DNA of 64,000 nucleotides, from the IMG/VR virus record IMGVR_UViG_3300037089_000505, positions 79,948 through 143,947 of that record, one strand, 5' to 3'. Source of the DNA: a virus. Position numbers and translations under genes: made by a program. Under the pieces are notes generated by a model. The model made no database searches, was not told where the DNA came from, and saw nothing but the letters and a program-made list of their open reading frames with translations. Below are positions 33,177-43,354 of the stretch, piece after piece. Within the stretch, counting starts at the first letter, position 1. Every line of letters starts with the position of its first letter.

Positions 33177-35519
33177 ATGCCCTGGATTTGGAATCAACCC
33201 ATAAGCAAAGATGTATTTGATATTAAATATAAGTTTCACAGAGAATCTGTAGAACAGGTTTTCGATGATATATCTACCGTTGTTTCAACGGTAGAAAAAC
33301 CAGAAAAAAGAGAGGAGGTTAAAAAACTATTTTATGATACGATGATAGCTGGACGATTTATTCCAGCTGGTAGAATTTTGGCAAATGCTTGGCCGAAAAG
33401 TAAAATCAAAAACTTTATGAATTGTTTTACAATCGGAATTCAAGACGACATGAATGCCATATATGATTCCTTGAAAGAGGACGCTAAGATTAGTAAAGTA
33501 GGCGGGGGAGTTGGATTTGATATCTCACCGCTGAGACCGAAAGGAACTCCGCTTTCTGTAGGCGGAGAAGCTTCAGGCCCAATTTCATTTTTGAGAATTT
33601 TTGATGCTTCAGCAAAAATAATAATGACGGGTGGAGCTAGACGAGCCGCTCATATAGCCCTCTTAGCAGTAGACCATCCGGACGTTGAAGATTTTATTAC
33701 CTGTAAACAAGGTGATAAGAATCGTGCCCTCACTCAGTTTAACATTTCTGTAAAGATTACCAATAAATTCATAGATGCTGTCGAGAAAGATTTAGATTGG
33801 GACTTAGTGTTTGATGGCAAAAAGTACAAGACGGTCAAAGCAAAATATTTATATGACTTGATGGTCAAGAATGCTTATACTAATAACGAACCAGGCATGT
33901 TCAATGTTGATACAATCAACTTCTATAACAATGGCTGGTGGATTTTTGAGATTCACGAGTGCAATCCTTGTGGCGAGATTTCTATGGAAAAATATTCTTC
34001 TTGTAATCTTGCGTCACTAAATCTTACTACCTACATACTAGAAGCTTTTACACCAAAGGCTTCATTTGATTTTGATCTGTTCAAAAAAGATGCTGCAATG
34101 GGAATCAGATTTTTGGATGACGTATTAGATGCCGCCGACTATCCGTTACCAAAAATAGCCGAACGCATGATGCAGACTCGGCGAATTGGTTTGGGGATTA
34201 CTGGACTTGGGGATGCCTTCGCTATGATGGGCATGAAATATGGAAGCGAAGAATCAAAGAAGCTGACAAAGAAAATTGCTACAGTCTTTAGGAATGCCTC
34301 ATATGAAACTTCGGTAGGACTTGCTGCTGAAAAGGGTATGTTCACAGTTTGCGATAAAGAAAAGATTCTCCAATCTAATTTTGTTAAGAAGTTACCTGAA
34401 GCTATTCAAGAAGGAATTAAGCAATACGGCCTCAGAAACATAGCTTGTAATGCTATTGCGCCGACAGGTACAATTTCTTTGACCTTTGGCCAAAACTGTT
34501 CGTCGGGTATTGAACCCATCTTTTCCTTTGAATATAATCGACGCGTTCGCACAAAGAATGATCCAGATGTATATACTGAACAAAAAGTTATGGACTATGC
34601 GTGGCGCCTATGGACCGAGCAGAATAGTCATAGCAAAGAAGCGATTATCAACGCTTTGAAAGAAGAACCAAAACCCAAAGATGTATCAGCTCAAGCTTGG
34701 GAACCTCGCCGAGATCTGACTGATGTCGTGAAACATCCAGAGTTCTTTGTAACTACTAAAGACGTATCGGCCAAAGACTCAATAGATATACAAGCAATCT
34801 TCCAAGAGTATATTGATCAAAGTATTTCTAAGACTCTAAATCTTGCTCCAGGGACTACGTTTGAAGAGTATAAGGATCTTTTCATGTACGCTTACAAGAA
34901 AGGCCTTAAAGGGTTCACTACGTTCAATCCAGAAGGTTCTATGAAAGGTATTCTAGAGTACAATGAACCAGTTGAAACTAAAGATTCTGATTATGTAGTA
35001 AGACGTAACGCTCCTAAGCGTCCTGACGAGCTTGAATGCGACATACACCAAGTAACAGTTAAAGGGCAAAAGATCGTAGTCTTAGTTGGAAAACATAAAG
35101 GCTCTTTATATGAGATTTTTGCCGACGATGATCAATCTAATAAAATTGACATCAAGTATGACAAAGGCATCATAAGAAAAATAAGTCGTGGACGTTATGA
35201 TCTTATTGTCAAGAACGGCGAAGAGAAGCTCATAGTAGAAAATTTGAGTAAAAACTTTGGTGGAACCTACGGCGTGTTGGCTAGACTTGTTTCTATGTCA
35301 TTGAGGCATGGGACGCCGCTGCAATTCGTAGTAGACCAACTTGGAAAATCAAACGAGTTCGTTGGATTTGAAAAATCAGTATCACGTGTTCTTAAGAAAT
35401 ATATTAAAGACGGCGAGAAGGTCATGACTGGTGAAGTTTGTCCTGAGTGTGGAAACGAACTACAATTCAAAGAAGGTTGCGTAAGCTGTCCTAATTGCTC
35501 TTGGAGTCGATGTTTATAA
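33177..35519 (+). CDS. nrdJ: class II (adenosylcobalamin-dependent) ribonucleotide reductase
   Basis: PAGRIL, NCF, GGGVG, GGARR.A, NPCGE, SCNL.S, IAPTGTIS and C-terminal CPEC..EGC..CPNC; no NrdB partner nearby. Confidence 0.92.
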   Translation: MPWIWNQPISKDVFDIKYKFHRESVEQVFDDISTVVSTVEKPEKREEVKKLFYDTMIAGRFIPAGRILANAWPKSKIKNFMNCFTIGIQDDMNAIYDSLKEDAKISKVGGGVGFDISPLRPKGTPLSVGGEASGPISFLRIFDASAKIIMTGGARRAAHIALLAVDHPDVEDFITCKQGDKNRALTQFNISVKITNKFIDAVEKDLDWDLVFDGKKYKTVKAKYLYDLMVKNAYTNNEPGMFNVDTINFYNNGWWIFEIHECNPCGEISMEKYSSCNLASLNLTTYILEAFTPKASFDFDLFKKDAAMGIRFLDDVLDAADYPLPKIAERMMQTRRIGLGITGLGDAFAMMGMKYGSEESKKLTKKIATVFRNASYETSVGLAAEKGMFTVCDKEKILQSNFVKKLPEAIQEGIKQYGLRNIACNAIAPTGTISLTFGQNCSSGIEPIFSFEYNRRVRTKNDPDVYTEQKVMDYAWRLWTEQNSHSKEAIINALKEEPKPKDVSAQAWEPRRDLTDVVKHPEFFVTTKDVSAKDSIDIQAIFQEYIDQSISKTLNLAPGTTFEEYKDLFMYAYKKGLKGFTTFNPEGSMKGILEYNEPVETKDSDYVVRRNAPKRPDELECDIHQVTVKGQKIVVLVGKHKGSLYEIFADDDQSNKIDIKYDKGIIRKISRGRYDLIVKNGEEKLIVENLSKNFGGTYGVLARLVSMSLRHGTPLQFVVDQLGKSNEFVGFEKSVSRVLKKYIKDGEKVMTGEVCPECGNELQFKEGCVSCPNCSWSRCL

Positions 35520-35523
35520 GCTC

Positions 35524-35537
35524 AAGATAATTACATG
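35524..35537 (+). promoter_or_regulatory. example of promoter class B, AAGATAA-N4-ATG
   Basis: identical motif and spacing at 18027, 36249, 39220, 45200, 51864, 58435 and 63616. Confidence 0.75.
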
Positions 35538-38378
35538 AAAGACACGAAGGCCATGAAGCCTGTTCCTCTAATTGGCGATCATTGGCGATCAACTTATGGC
35601 CTATTGTTTGAATCTATTTTCGCTGGCGATCCAGACGCAGAATTCGAAAATAGTCGAGAGGATCTTAAGAAAGGCAAACTCCGCTTTGATTTAGTATTGA
35701 CCACCGGAATATTGCGAGAGTTAAAGTCGGCAATCAAGAAAGTAGATTCCGATTTCAAATGCATTAACAAAACTGGCGAGATTGCTTATACTACTATAGA
35801 TCTTAAAAAGAACTTACTCTATACACAACTATTCACAGACAAGACTGCTTATGCTGATCCTGACGACTATAATTACGGCAACCAAGATTGGTACGCTGAA
35901 ATTGGAATCAATCTTAGCTCAGGTTCTATAGTAGATTTCAATGTGAGTTATGATACATGAACGTCTTGACTTTACAACAAAATGAGAGCTATTATTCAAA
36001 AAGCTTAAAGTGGTTCTTTACAGTAGTACGAAAAGAGCCGCTCGAAGTCCTAACCTTTTACTTTGATGATTATCCAAGAAACAGCGGATGGGATATAAAA
36101 CCCTTGAAAAAGTTACCAGGACTTCTAAGTGAAGTCATACGAAAATCTAATAACACTTTTCTTAAAGCTGCTAATAAAGACTGTGAAAGAATAGTCAAAC
36201 AGATATTTAGATCTAAGAATTTCACTTACGGCGAAGAATACTAAACTCAAGATAACTACATGAACTTCCAACACTTACTCAAAGACTCAATATTTACGCG
36301 TCCAATAATTCGCTGGGTCTTTGAAAAAGATAAACTTAAGTGGGCTGCAACTATTTCTAGTGTAGAAAAAGCATGCCCATTAATGTGGGCTGCTATAGAT
36401 GAAGTGTTGCCACATGTAACACGTCGAGTAAAAGAAACATTAAAATCTACTACCAATCTTTTTGCAAGTAGTGTTGGCGACAATTTATGGCTTAGTTTTT
36501 CAAAGCCCAAACAATCGGCATTCGATAGTAAAATAAGTTTTTCTTCTCCAGCTATAACTTTCGTAATAGACAAAAACTTTGATGTGTCGGCGAGAATACC
36601 TTGATAGAATATAGACAAAAAGGTTTACCAACTTACAGATATTATTTTATCAAAGATGTTTTCGAAAAAGAAGAAGACATAGTTGAGCGCTGGGATAAAG
36701 ATATAAAGCTTAAGCTTGATGGATATACAACTGAATGGATTTTGAAAATTAATAGACACAAGACTAACTATTCTAAGTTGTCCATAACACTCGCTCGAAC
36801 TTTCTACAACGAACATCAGATATATACTAATTTAGAAATAGGTCTTTACAGAGATGGTTTTCATATAACACTTGTAGATCTTAACGATACAGAGTTACGA
36901 AAATACCTATTTGGAGATATAAACAGGTCTACTGCATGGACACAAGAAGTGGCTAAAGTTGCTCTGATAGCTAATGAAATAACAACTGAGATTAAGAAAT
37001 TCATCGGCGAGAAAAATAAAGAATGAAAATTCATGACAGCCGAGACAATAACGATTACATAGTCAGTCTCGATTTTGTAGGCAATGCAGCCACTCTAAAA
37101 TGGGATTCGTTTGCAGCCAAGGAGACTGCTCCTACAGATCAAAAGTTTTTCCTACATGATCTATTCTCTGAACTAAGAGCAGGTGAGACTACCATAATTT
37201 CAATTAATATTTTTGAACGCAGATTTTTGATTAAGAAGATTTGGGAAATGGAATGAAGCTTAAAATTTGGCAATATCCAGACGACTTTGACCAAGAAAAT
37301 TTACCTCGGAGCAAATGGAAGTATGATTACTTTATAACAGGCTTGGACAAAATTATTTCCCGTAATGCCATGCCGCGTATGATGCCAGTACATCTTTGGT
37401 ACAACTACCATGAAGAGAAATGGAATATTCAATTTTGTCAAAGAGCCTATAAAGTTGAACTAATAGTAAAACCAGAATTTAAATCAGAGATAAAACAATT
37501 GAAAGGTCTACCAGAAGAAGTTAGTTTCTTCTATAGGATTCTAATTTTGTTTGCTTTTGTCCATAACGATTATGAAGAAGTCCACAAAATTAGAGAGAAA
37601 TACTTTGGCAACAATGATACTACACTTATGAAAAGCGACGAATGATATGTGGATACAACGACGTGAGACTAATTATATCGCTGACGTCTATTTCAAACAT
37701 TCTTGGAAAGACAAGGTTACAGTCATGTGGACCAGCACAGGAACTGATCCAAAAGAACATGTTTGGACAATGACGTTTGATGAATTTGTATTGAACTACT
37801 TAAAGCATGCTAAACTAATAACACACGACACTAGCGCTGAAGACTATTTTGTTATAAAGAGCATCTTTCACAAAAGATAATCTAATGGGGATGATCTGGT
37901 ATAAAAGAGCTGTTAGTTATAATGTACAAGTAGGAACTGGCGGTGCGGCTGTTCACTATTTATTGTATAAGGAAACTCCTCCAACATTAAAAACTATCAG
38001 ATTTGAATCTGGTGCAGAAGAACGTTATGCAGGCCAGAAAACTGGACTAACGACTTGGAAGGTTACTCCCGTCCTAGCTGGTAAATTAACACTAGCTGAC
38101 GATCCGCCAAAAATAGACGAAGAAGATTGCAGAAAATTTTTTCGTTGGATTTGGTGGGCTGACTTATGAAGTTAAAACTATTAAAAGGAGCAACGGCCAA
38201 GTTTACTATAAACTTTAGTTCTGATGAAGTTGTTTTAAGGTGGTCAAGTGGCAGCGAGGGTTGGATTAACACTACGATAATGCTCAAACAGTACTTGACT
38301 CAAGATTTTAAAGTTTTAGAAGTAAGTGAAACAGAAGCTCGTTATTTAATTAAATCAGCATTCTCGTTAATCAACTAA
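35535..38378 (+). CDS. run of small hypothetical proteins, most carrying a (F/L)IxxIF-type helix
   Basis: overlapping or abutting ORFs 35535-35960, 35957-36244, 36260-36604, 36601-37026, 37023-37256, 37241-37645, 37647-37880, 37885-38169, 38166-38378. Confidence 0.65.
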
Positions 38379-38426
38379 AGATAATTTCGACACACATATA
38401 TACTATACACAAGGTGGTAACGTATC

Positions 38427-39053
38427 ATGGCTGACGTTTTAGCGCAGAGAGTCCTTGTGCTTAACAAGGGCTACAATCCAATCAGAATCATCAGCGTGCG
38501 CGAAGCGTTCATAAAACTCTACGCAGAAGTCGCTGAAGTAGTCACCGTCGAAGAAGGTAACTACTGCAACTATGATTTCAACTCTTGGGCAGAAGTCTCT
38601 GAGTTGAAAGAAAAGTTGGAAGATCTTGGAGAGCTCGATGATGTAGTCTACACTGCTAGATTCATACTCATCGTGCCCAGGATCATCAGACTTCTGGCTT
38701 ATGACAAGGTTCCAAAGAGGACGCTCAAGCTGACCCGAAAAAACATTTACGCACGAGACTTGAGTACTTGTCAGTATTGCGGTAAGGAGTTACCAACTGA
38801 AGACTTGAATCTCGACCACGTCATGCCAAAGTCTCAAGGTGGTCAGGCGACTTGGACAAACCTTGTTTGTTCTTGTATCGTTTGTAACACTAAGAAAGCA
38901 GGCAGGAGTCCGAAGGAAGCTCACATGAAATTGATCAAGCTTCCGGTCGAGCCAAAGTATAATCCAATGCTCCAGGTCCACATCGAGAGCGAGAAGTATG
39001 GTGCCTGGAAGAGCTTCATCAGCGAAGCTTATTGGACCACTGAATTGCATTAG
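38427..39053 (+). CDS. HNH endonuclease (HNH_5/McrA-like)
   Basis: VLVLN..Y.P, TRKNIYARD..CQYCG, LDHVMPKSQGG..W.NLV.SC..CN..K. Confidence 0.9.
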   Translation: MADVLAQRVLVLNKGYNPIRIISVREAFIKLYAEVAEVVTVEEGNYCNYDFNSWAEVSELKEKLEDLGELDDVVYTARFILIVPRIIRLLAYDKVPKRTLKLTRKNIYARDLSTCQYCGKELPTEDLNLDHVMPKSQGGQATWTNLVCSCIVCNTKKAGRSPKEAHMKLIKLPVEPKYNPMLQVHIESEKYGAWKSFISEAYWTTELH

Positions 39054-39138
39054 GGAAGACAGCGGGAAGATAAAATCTCTTAAAGAGATAATGAAGCATC
39101 GGTTTGCTATTCAATCTTCCCGCTAATTCTCCATATAC

Positions 39139-39211
39139 GCCGGCTTAGCTTATTTGGCAAAGCGCCTGATCCGTAATCAGGAGAGGCCCGGTTCGAGCCC
39201 GGGAGTCGGCT
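39139..39211 (+). tRNA. tRNA-Thr(CGT), C33
   Basis: GCCGGCT/AGTCGGC acceptor; CCTGA-TC CGT AA-TCAGG; TTCGAG T-loop. Confidence 0.88.
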
Positions 39212-39230
39212 TTCTACACAAGATAATTAA

Positions 39231-40490
39231 ATGATCTACTATTACAATAGGGGCGCATCGCACGGCACTGGCGTCGATAAAGGCAAACACTGGATAGAGT
39301 TTTTAGTGACGTTCGACGGGGGCATGGGTGGTACTGAACTTACTCAGCAAGAATTAATCAAAGAAGTATTTAGTTACGCTCAGCGCGGATATATAATAGA
39401 ACTAAACATATCAAAAAGTTTTTTGATACAACAGCAAGCTAAAAGTCAAGGCCTTAAGTATGTAGATCTTAAATTGGAAAAAATGTGTGACTTACTATAG
39501 AGAATTTTGGACAGAAGGCAATAAACATATAGCTGATTTTTATGCTACCTATGGAGAGGCGCCAAATATTTTTGCAGCTTTAAGCGAACAGAAATTCATA
39601 CGGAGAATATTTAAATACGCTGCTGATGGTATGATCCTTCGACTTCATATTGATGACAGGCTAAAATGAAAATGGTTAAATCATTTACTTGGTTCGGTAA
39701 TAAACTTTTCAGGGTCTTTCTCTATAAACGCATATCTGCTACTACAAAAGCAAAAGCTATTTGGGCAGAAAGGAATTTTTTGGGTTGGGAAAAGGGTGAA
39801 TTACTTCACACAAAGTATGGTTGGAGTTTAGAGTATCATTCTACGGGACAAGGACCGGGCTCTATACATAAACATATTTCCTTAAACTCAGTAGAGCTAC
39901 CAACAGAGACGCTTCCGAAGCTAAAAGAAATTTCTTGTCAAAACTTAATGAAGCAAATTTTTGAATGGGAGTGGCAATGAAATTCACAAGAATGGACCCA
40001 CAATATTATAGTAAAAATATTTTTGCTTTTAACTATGGGGAGTATAAGACTGGACAGGGCTTGGCCGCCTATTATGACTATGATCTTCCGAGCCGCAATA
40101 AATGGTCTTGGGGTATAATGATGTCCCATAATGAGTTAACTAAAAATAATTTATTGCCGCCAATTAAATATGATGAAATACCCAGTCAAGCCCTTCATAG
40201 TTTGATAGTAGACTTATTTACTTTACCAAAAATAAAATTTAATCCGGCTCAAGATCCTGTCCATAGTAAATTTGAATGGTCTTAGCGAAATTATGAAAGT
40301 GGCCTACGGAAAATATAGCAAATGGTATAAGCCCAGCGACCACATGGTTATTGGTTGCTCAACAAAAGAAAAGTCCATATTGATTCTTCCGAGTCTTTTA
40401 GATATAACTTGGTATATAGCTAGTATAAAAGAATATCAGATGTTAATAAAAAATATATTTGAGGCCATAAAAATAGAGAACAAAACTTAG
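39231..40490 (+). CDS. five small hypothetical proteins with LIxxIF-type motif
   Basis: ORFs 39231-39500, 39487-39669, 39666-39980, 39965-40285 and 40272-40490 after AAGATAA-N4-ATG. Confidence 0.65.
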
Positions 40491-40529
40491 TTTCGATCAC
40501 AAGATAAATTACCAATGAAAGGCATAGAT

Positions 40530-40589
40530 ATGTATATGAATCAGTCGCTCGCAACATTCCAACAGACCCAAACTACAGATACTGTTTGA
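40530..40589 (+). CDS. leader peptide 1 MYMNQSLATFQQTQTTDTV (alternative in-frame start 40515)
   Basis: GAAAGG 7 nt upstream; Thr/Gln/Asp-rich; directly followed by antiterminator/terminator. Confidence 0.75.
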   Translation: MYMNQSLATFQQTQTTDTV

Positions 40590-40640
40590 ACTTTTGCGGG
40601 GAGTGCGTAATACAGACTTCCCAAAGTGGAAGTCTTTTTT
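40590..40640 (+). promoter_or_regulatory. attenuator 1: alternative antiterminator and intrinsic terminator
   Basis: terminator AGACTTCC-CAAAGT-GGAAGTCT-T5 (40614-40640); competing ACTTT..GGGGAGT (40590-40604) pairs with ACTTCCC-AAAGT (40616-40627). Confidence 0.75.
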
Positions 40641-40848
40641 GTTGAAGGTGGCATATGAGGAGGAAAAAGAAAAGGATTCAGCGTTGGAGACAGAATTCTT
40701 GCGAAGGCAAGGTTGACTTCAAATCTATCGAGACGGCGGAGAAAGCAGCAGCCAGGTTGAATGAAAAGAAGAACAGACCTGGATATCATGAATTAGAAGC
40801 TTACCAATGTTCCTTCTGTAAAGGATGGCATATTGGTAAAAAGTATAC

Positions 40849-40920
40849 GCCGGCGTAGCTCAATGGCAGAGCGGTACCTTTGTAAGGTAAGGGTTGGGGG
40901 TTCAAGTCCCTCCGTCGGCT
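40849..40920 (+). tRNA. tRNA-Thr(TGT)
   Basis: GCCGGCG/CGTCGGC; TACC-TT TGT AA-GGTA; TTCAAGT T-loop. Confidence 0.88.
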
Positions 40921-40927
40921 TAAACAT

Positions 40928-41000
40928 AGAGCCGTAGTGTATCGGTTTAGCACGCGAGACCGTCAATCTCGAAGGGCGGGTTCAACTCCCGTCGGTTCTG
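40928..41000 (+). tRNA. tRNA-Asp(GTC), C33
   Basis: AGAGCCG/CGGTTCT-G; CGAGA-CC GTC AA-TCTCG. Confidence 0.88.
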
Positions 41001-41001
41001 T

Positions 41002-41610
41002 ATGAGAAAATTATTTCTTGTTTTGTTTTTATTCGTAGCTGCTCTTTCATTTGCTAATAAGAGCTGGTATGTAGATCAGAATGGAACTGGCATAGGAAAC
41101 TGTGGACCGGCAACGGTAGCTATGATGATTTCTTATACAGAACACGTTCGCATTCCAGTACAAGTAATTCGGGAAGAGATAGGATATACAAGAGATGATG
41201 GCAGTACAGATCTTGAAGAGTTATCAGGTGTTCTTGAGCGTCATAAAATTCGTTATTCTAAAACAGAAATAAAGACGAAGGTTGATTTGGATGAGCTTTT
41301 GGAAACTCATCACATAGTTTTAGTTGACGTAGATATGAGCTATATCCCTAATAAGAGCAACTATGATAAAGGTCACTACTTGATTCTGTCTAGCTATAGT
41401 GAAGGGACTTATGAGGCTCAAGATCCTCTTAATGGATCTGATGTTCATTACAACGCTGATGCAATATGGTCAGCTATGAAAACGAGAGAAGTACTTGTAA
41501 CTGGTAATGGAAGACTGCCACTAGTAGGTTTTGGATTTATTACCCAAATACTATTAGTCATCGACATTAGTGCTATCGTAGTTCCGAAGAAAATTATTTT
41601 GCCGTGTTAG
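41002..41610 (+). CDS. secreted C39-like cysteine peptidase
   Basis: signal peptide; Q....NCGPATVAM, GHYLIL and QDP. Confidence 0.75.
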   Translation: MRKLFLVLFLFVAALSFANKSWYVDQNGTGIGNCGPATVAMMISYTEHVRIPVQVIREEIGYTRDDGSTDLEELSGVLERHKIRYSKTEIKTKVDLDELLETHHIVLVDVDMSYIPNKSNYDKGHYLILSSYSEGTYEAQDPLNGSDVHYNADAIWSAMKTREVLVTGNGRLPLVGFGFITQILLVIDISAIVVPKKIILPC

Positions 41611-41702
41611 CTCAGTTGGTAGCAGCGTTTCCTTGGAGAATGCTTTTTTAAGAGAGCACTGTCCTAAGGAAAAGGTCCCCAGTTCAATTCTGGGACACGG
41701 CT
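41601..41702 (+). tRNA. tRNA, probably Thr(GGT), with a 28-nt insert in the anticodon loop
   Basis: GCCGTGT/ACACGGC-T acceptor like the other Thr tRNAs; TTTCC/GGAAA stem encloses 35 nt instead of 7. Confidence 0.75.
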
Positions 41703-41893
41703 CTCGTCTCGACACATAGACGCATGGGTAAAACTCGAGTCAAGACCCAAGTATTCTAAAGTCTAATAGAGCAGCTTTCTAGAAAGCTATCGAGTACTTA
41801 ATTAGACATTAGCTGAACGATATCGCATTGCGATAGTAGGCGAAGTATTCAATGGCAAAGCGGTAAAGGTGCGACAGCCGGGAGAGACCGGCT
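41703..41893 (+). ncRNA. candidate structured non-coding RNA
   Basis: successive stems CGTCT/AGACG, TGGGT/ACCCA, GTCTAAT/ATTAGAC, TATCGC/GCGATA and AGCCGG/CCGGCT. Confidence 0.5.
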
Positions 41894-41946
41894 TTATTTG
41901 GAATCATTGCTCGTTGAGCAAAAGTAATATTTATAGAGGAGTTAAA

Positions 41947-43143
41947 ATGAAAAGATTCAAGAATCTGTTCTTGTTTTTGGCTGTTCTTGTATTAGCGTCA
42001 GCTAGTGCTTGGGCGATGCCAGCGGCAGGTAAGACTCTTACCATCGGATTGGTACTGGTCGGACCTTACAATGATCTAGGATGGAGTCAGGCAAATTATG
42101 ATGGCGTTCAATACGTCGTCAAGAATGTTCCTGGAGTTCAGTTCATTTATATTGACAAGGCTAATCCAGCAGACAGGCCGGGAACGACAGTGTCTCAACT
42201 AGCTGAAAGTTTGGTTGCAAAGGGCGCGAAGCTAATTATCTTCAGCTCAGATGATATGGGTGATGAGGCAGTTAAGTTTGCTACAGCGCATCCTGATATT
42301 TTCGTTGTTATGACTTCTGGTAGCCAGGTATGGAATGCTGGAAAAACCTATCAGAACCTACCGAACATGATTAACATCATGGGTCGTATGGAATTTGGCA
42401 AGATGATCGCAGGAGTTGCCGCCGCCATGACGACAAAGACTGGTAAAATTGGTTACCTCGGACCACTTATCAATGATGAAACGAGGCGATTGTGTTCTTC
42501 AGTATATCTTGGAGCCAAGTACGCTTGGACAAATTACTTGAAGAAAGATGCTGCTAAGCTTCAATTCAAGGTAACTTGGATTGGATTCTGGTTTAACATT
42601 CCGGGTATCACTTCAGATCCCTCACAAGTGGCCGATGCATTTTTCAATGATGGTTACGACGTGGTAGTTTCTGGTATTGATACTAGCGAAGTTGTTACAG
42701 AGGCAGCAAAGTTTACGGCTCAAGGCAAGAAAGTTTTCGCAATTCCTTACGATTACTCAAGCGCCTTCGCCGCTTCACCTGAGGTTAATTTGGGCGTTCC
42801 TTATTTTAATTGGGGTCCTGCTTATGTAGTAGCTGCAAAAGCTGCAATGGGTGGTTCTTGGGTTTCCCACTTTGAGTGGAACTCCCCCGACTGGAAGAAT
42901 GTTAACAACCCTGATACATCAGCGGTTGGTTTCAACAAGGGCAAGGCACTTTCACCTAAGGCTTCGGCTGCAGTTGATAAGTTTCTTTCCGAACTTGCAT
43001 CAGGACTTAACCTATGGAAAGGTCCTATGAAGCTTCAAGATGGTAAGACCTACTTGGTCGATGACCAGAAGGCAACAGATCAGCAGATCTGGTATTTGCC
43101 TCAACTCTTGGAAAATATGCAAGGACAGAGCGTTTCGAAGTAG
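41947..43143 (+). CDS. BMP-family ABC transporter substrate-binding protein
   Basis: signal peptide; GPYNDLGWSQA, AG.AAAMTTKTGKIGYLG, WIGFWF and FNWGPAY. Confidence 0.88.
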   Translation: MKRFKNLFLFLAVLVLASASAWAMPAAGKTLTIGLVLVGPYNDLGWSQANYDGVQYVVKNVPGVQFIYIDKANPADRPGTTVSQLAESLVAKGAKLIIFSSDDMGDEAVKFATAHPDIFVVMTSGSQVWNAGKTYQNLPNMINIMGRMEFGKMIAGVAAAMTTKTGKIGYLGPLINDETRRLCSSVYLGAKYAWTNYLKKDAAKLQFKVTWIGFWFNIPGITSDPSQVADAFFNDGYDVVVSGIDTSEVVTEAAKFTAQGKKVFAIPYDYSSAFAASPEVNLGVPYFNWGPAYVVAAKAAMGGSWVSHFEWNSPDWKNVNNPDTSAVGFNKGKALSPKASAAVDKFLSELASGLNLWKGPMKLQDGKTYLVDDQKATDQQIWYLPQLLENMQGQSVSK

Positions 43144-43153
43144 TATTACAATT

Positions 43154-43179
43154 AGAGGGCAAGGCTTCTTGCCCTCTTT
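43154..43179 (+). terminator. hairpin, probable terminator overlapping a promoter start
   Basis: AGAGGGCAAG-GCTT-CTTGCCCTCT-TT. Confidence 0.65.
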
Positions 43180-43182
43180 CAC

Positions 43183-43256
43183 TCGCCCTTGGCCAAGTGG
43201 ATTAAGGCAGAAGACTTTGGATCTTCTATGCGCAGGTTCGAATCCTGCAGGGCGAA
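43183..43256 (+). tRNA. tRNA-Gln(TTG)
   Basis: TCGCCCT/AGGGCGA; GAAGA-CT TTG GA-TCTTC. Confidence 0.92.
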
Positions 43257-43265
43257 TATTTACAC

Positions 43266-43340
43266 TGTCCCGTAGCTTAGCTGGCCGAAAGCGTCTGTCT
43301 CTGGAACAGAAGAGCCTCCGTTCAAATCGGAGCGGGACAA
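43266..43340 (+). tRNA. tRNA-Gln(CTG)
   Basis: TGTCCCG/CGGGACA; TCTGT-CT CTG GA-ACAGA. Confidence 0.92.
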
Positions 43341-43354
43341 AAAGAAAGGGAAAC

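Noticed and set aside
33177-35519. Intein or intron in nrdJ
   Set aside because: NPCGE and other motifs are contiguous with no HN-C/S/T junction
39061-39124. AGCGGGAAGA/TCTTCCCGCT inverted repeat as a third attenuator before tRNA-Thr(CGT)
   Set aside because: No U-tract terminator and no Thr-rich leader ORF
41633-41667. Group I or II intron explanation for the anticodon inserts
   Set aside because: 27-28 nt is far too short and no catalytic core elements are present
43040-43354. N-terminal extension of the kinase ORF (also extensions at 41869, 45160, 51806, 52323)
   Set aside because: These run through tRNA genes, terminators or structured RNA; better starts exist at 43355, 41947, 45211, 51875 and 52386
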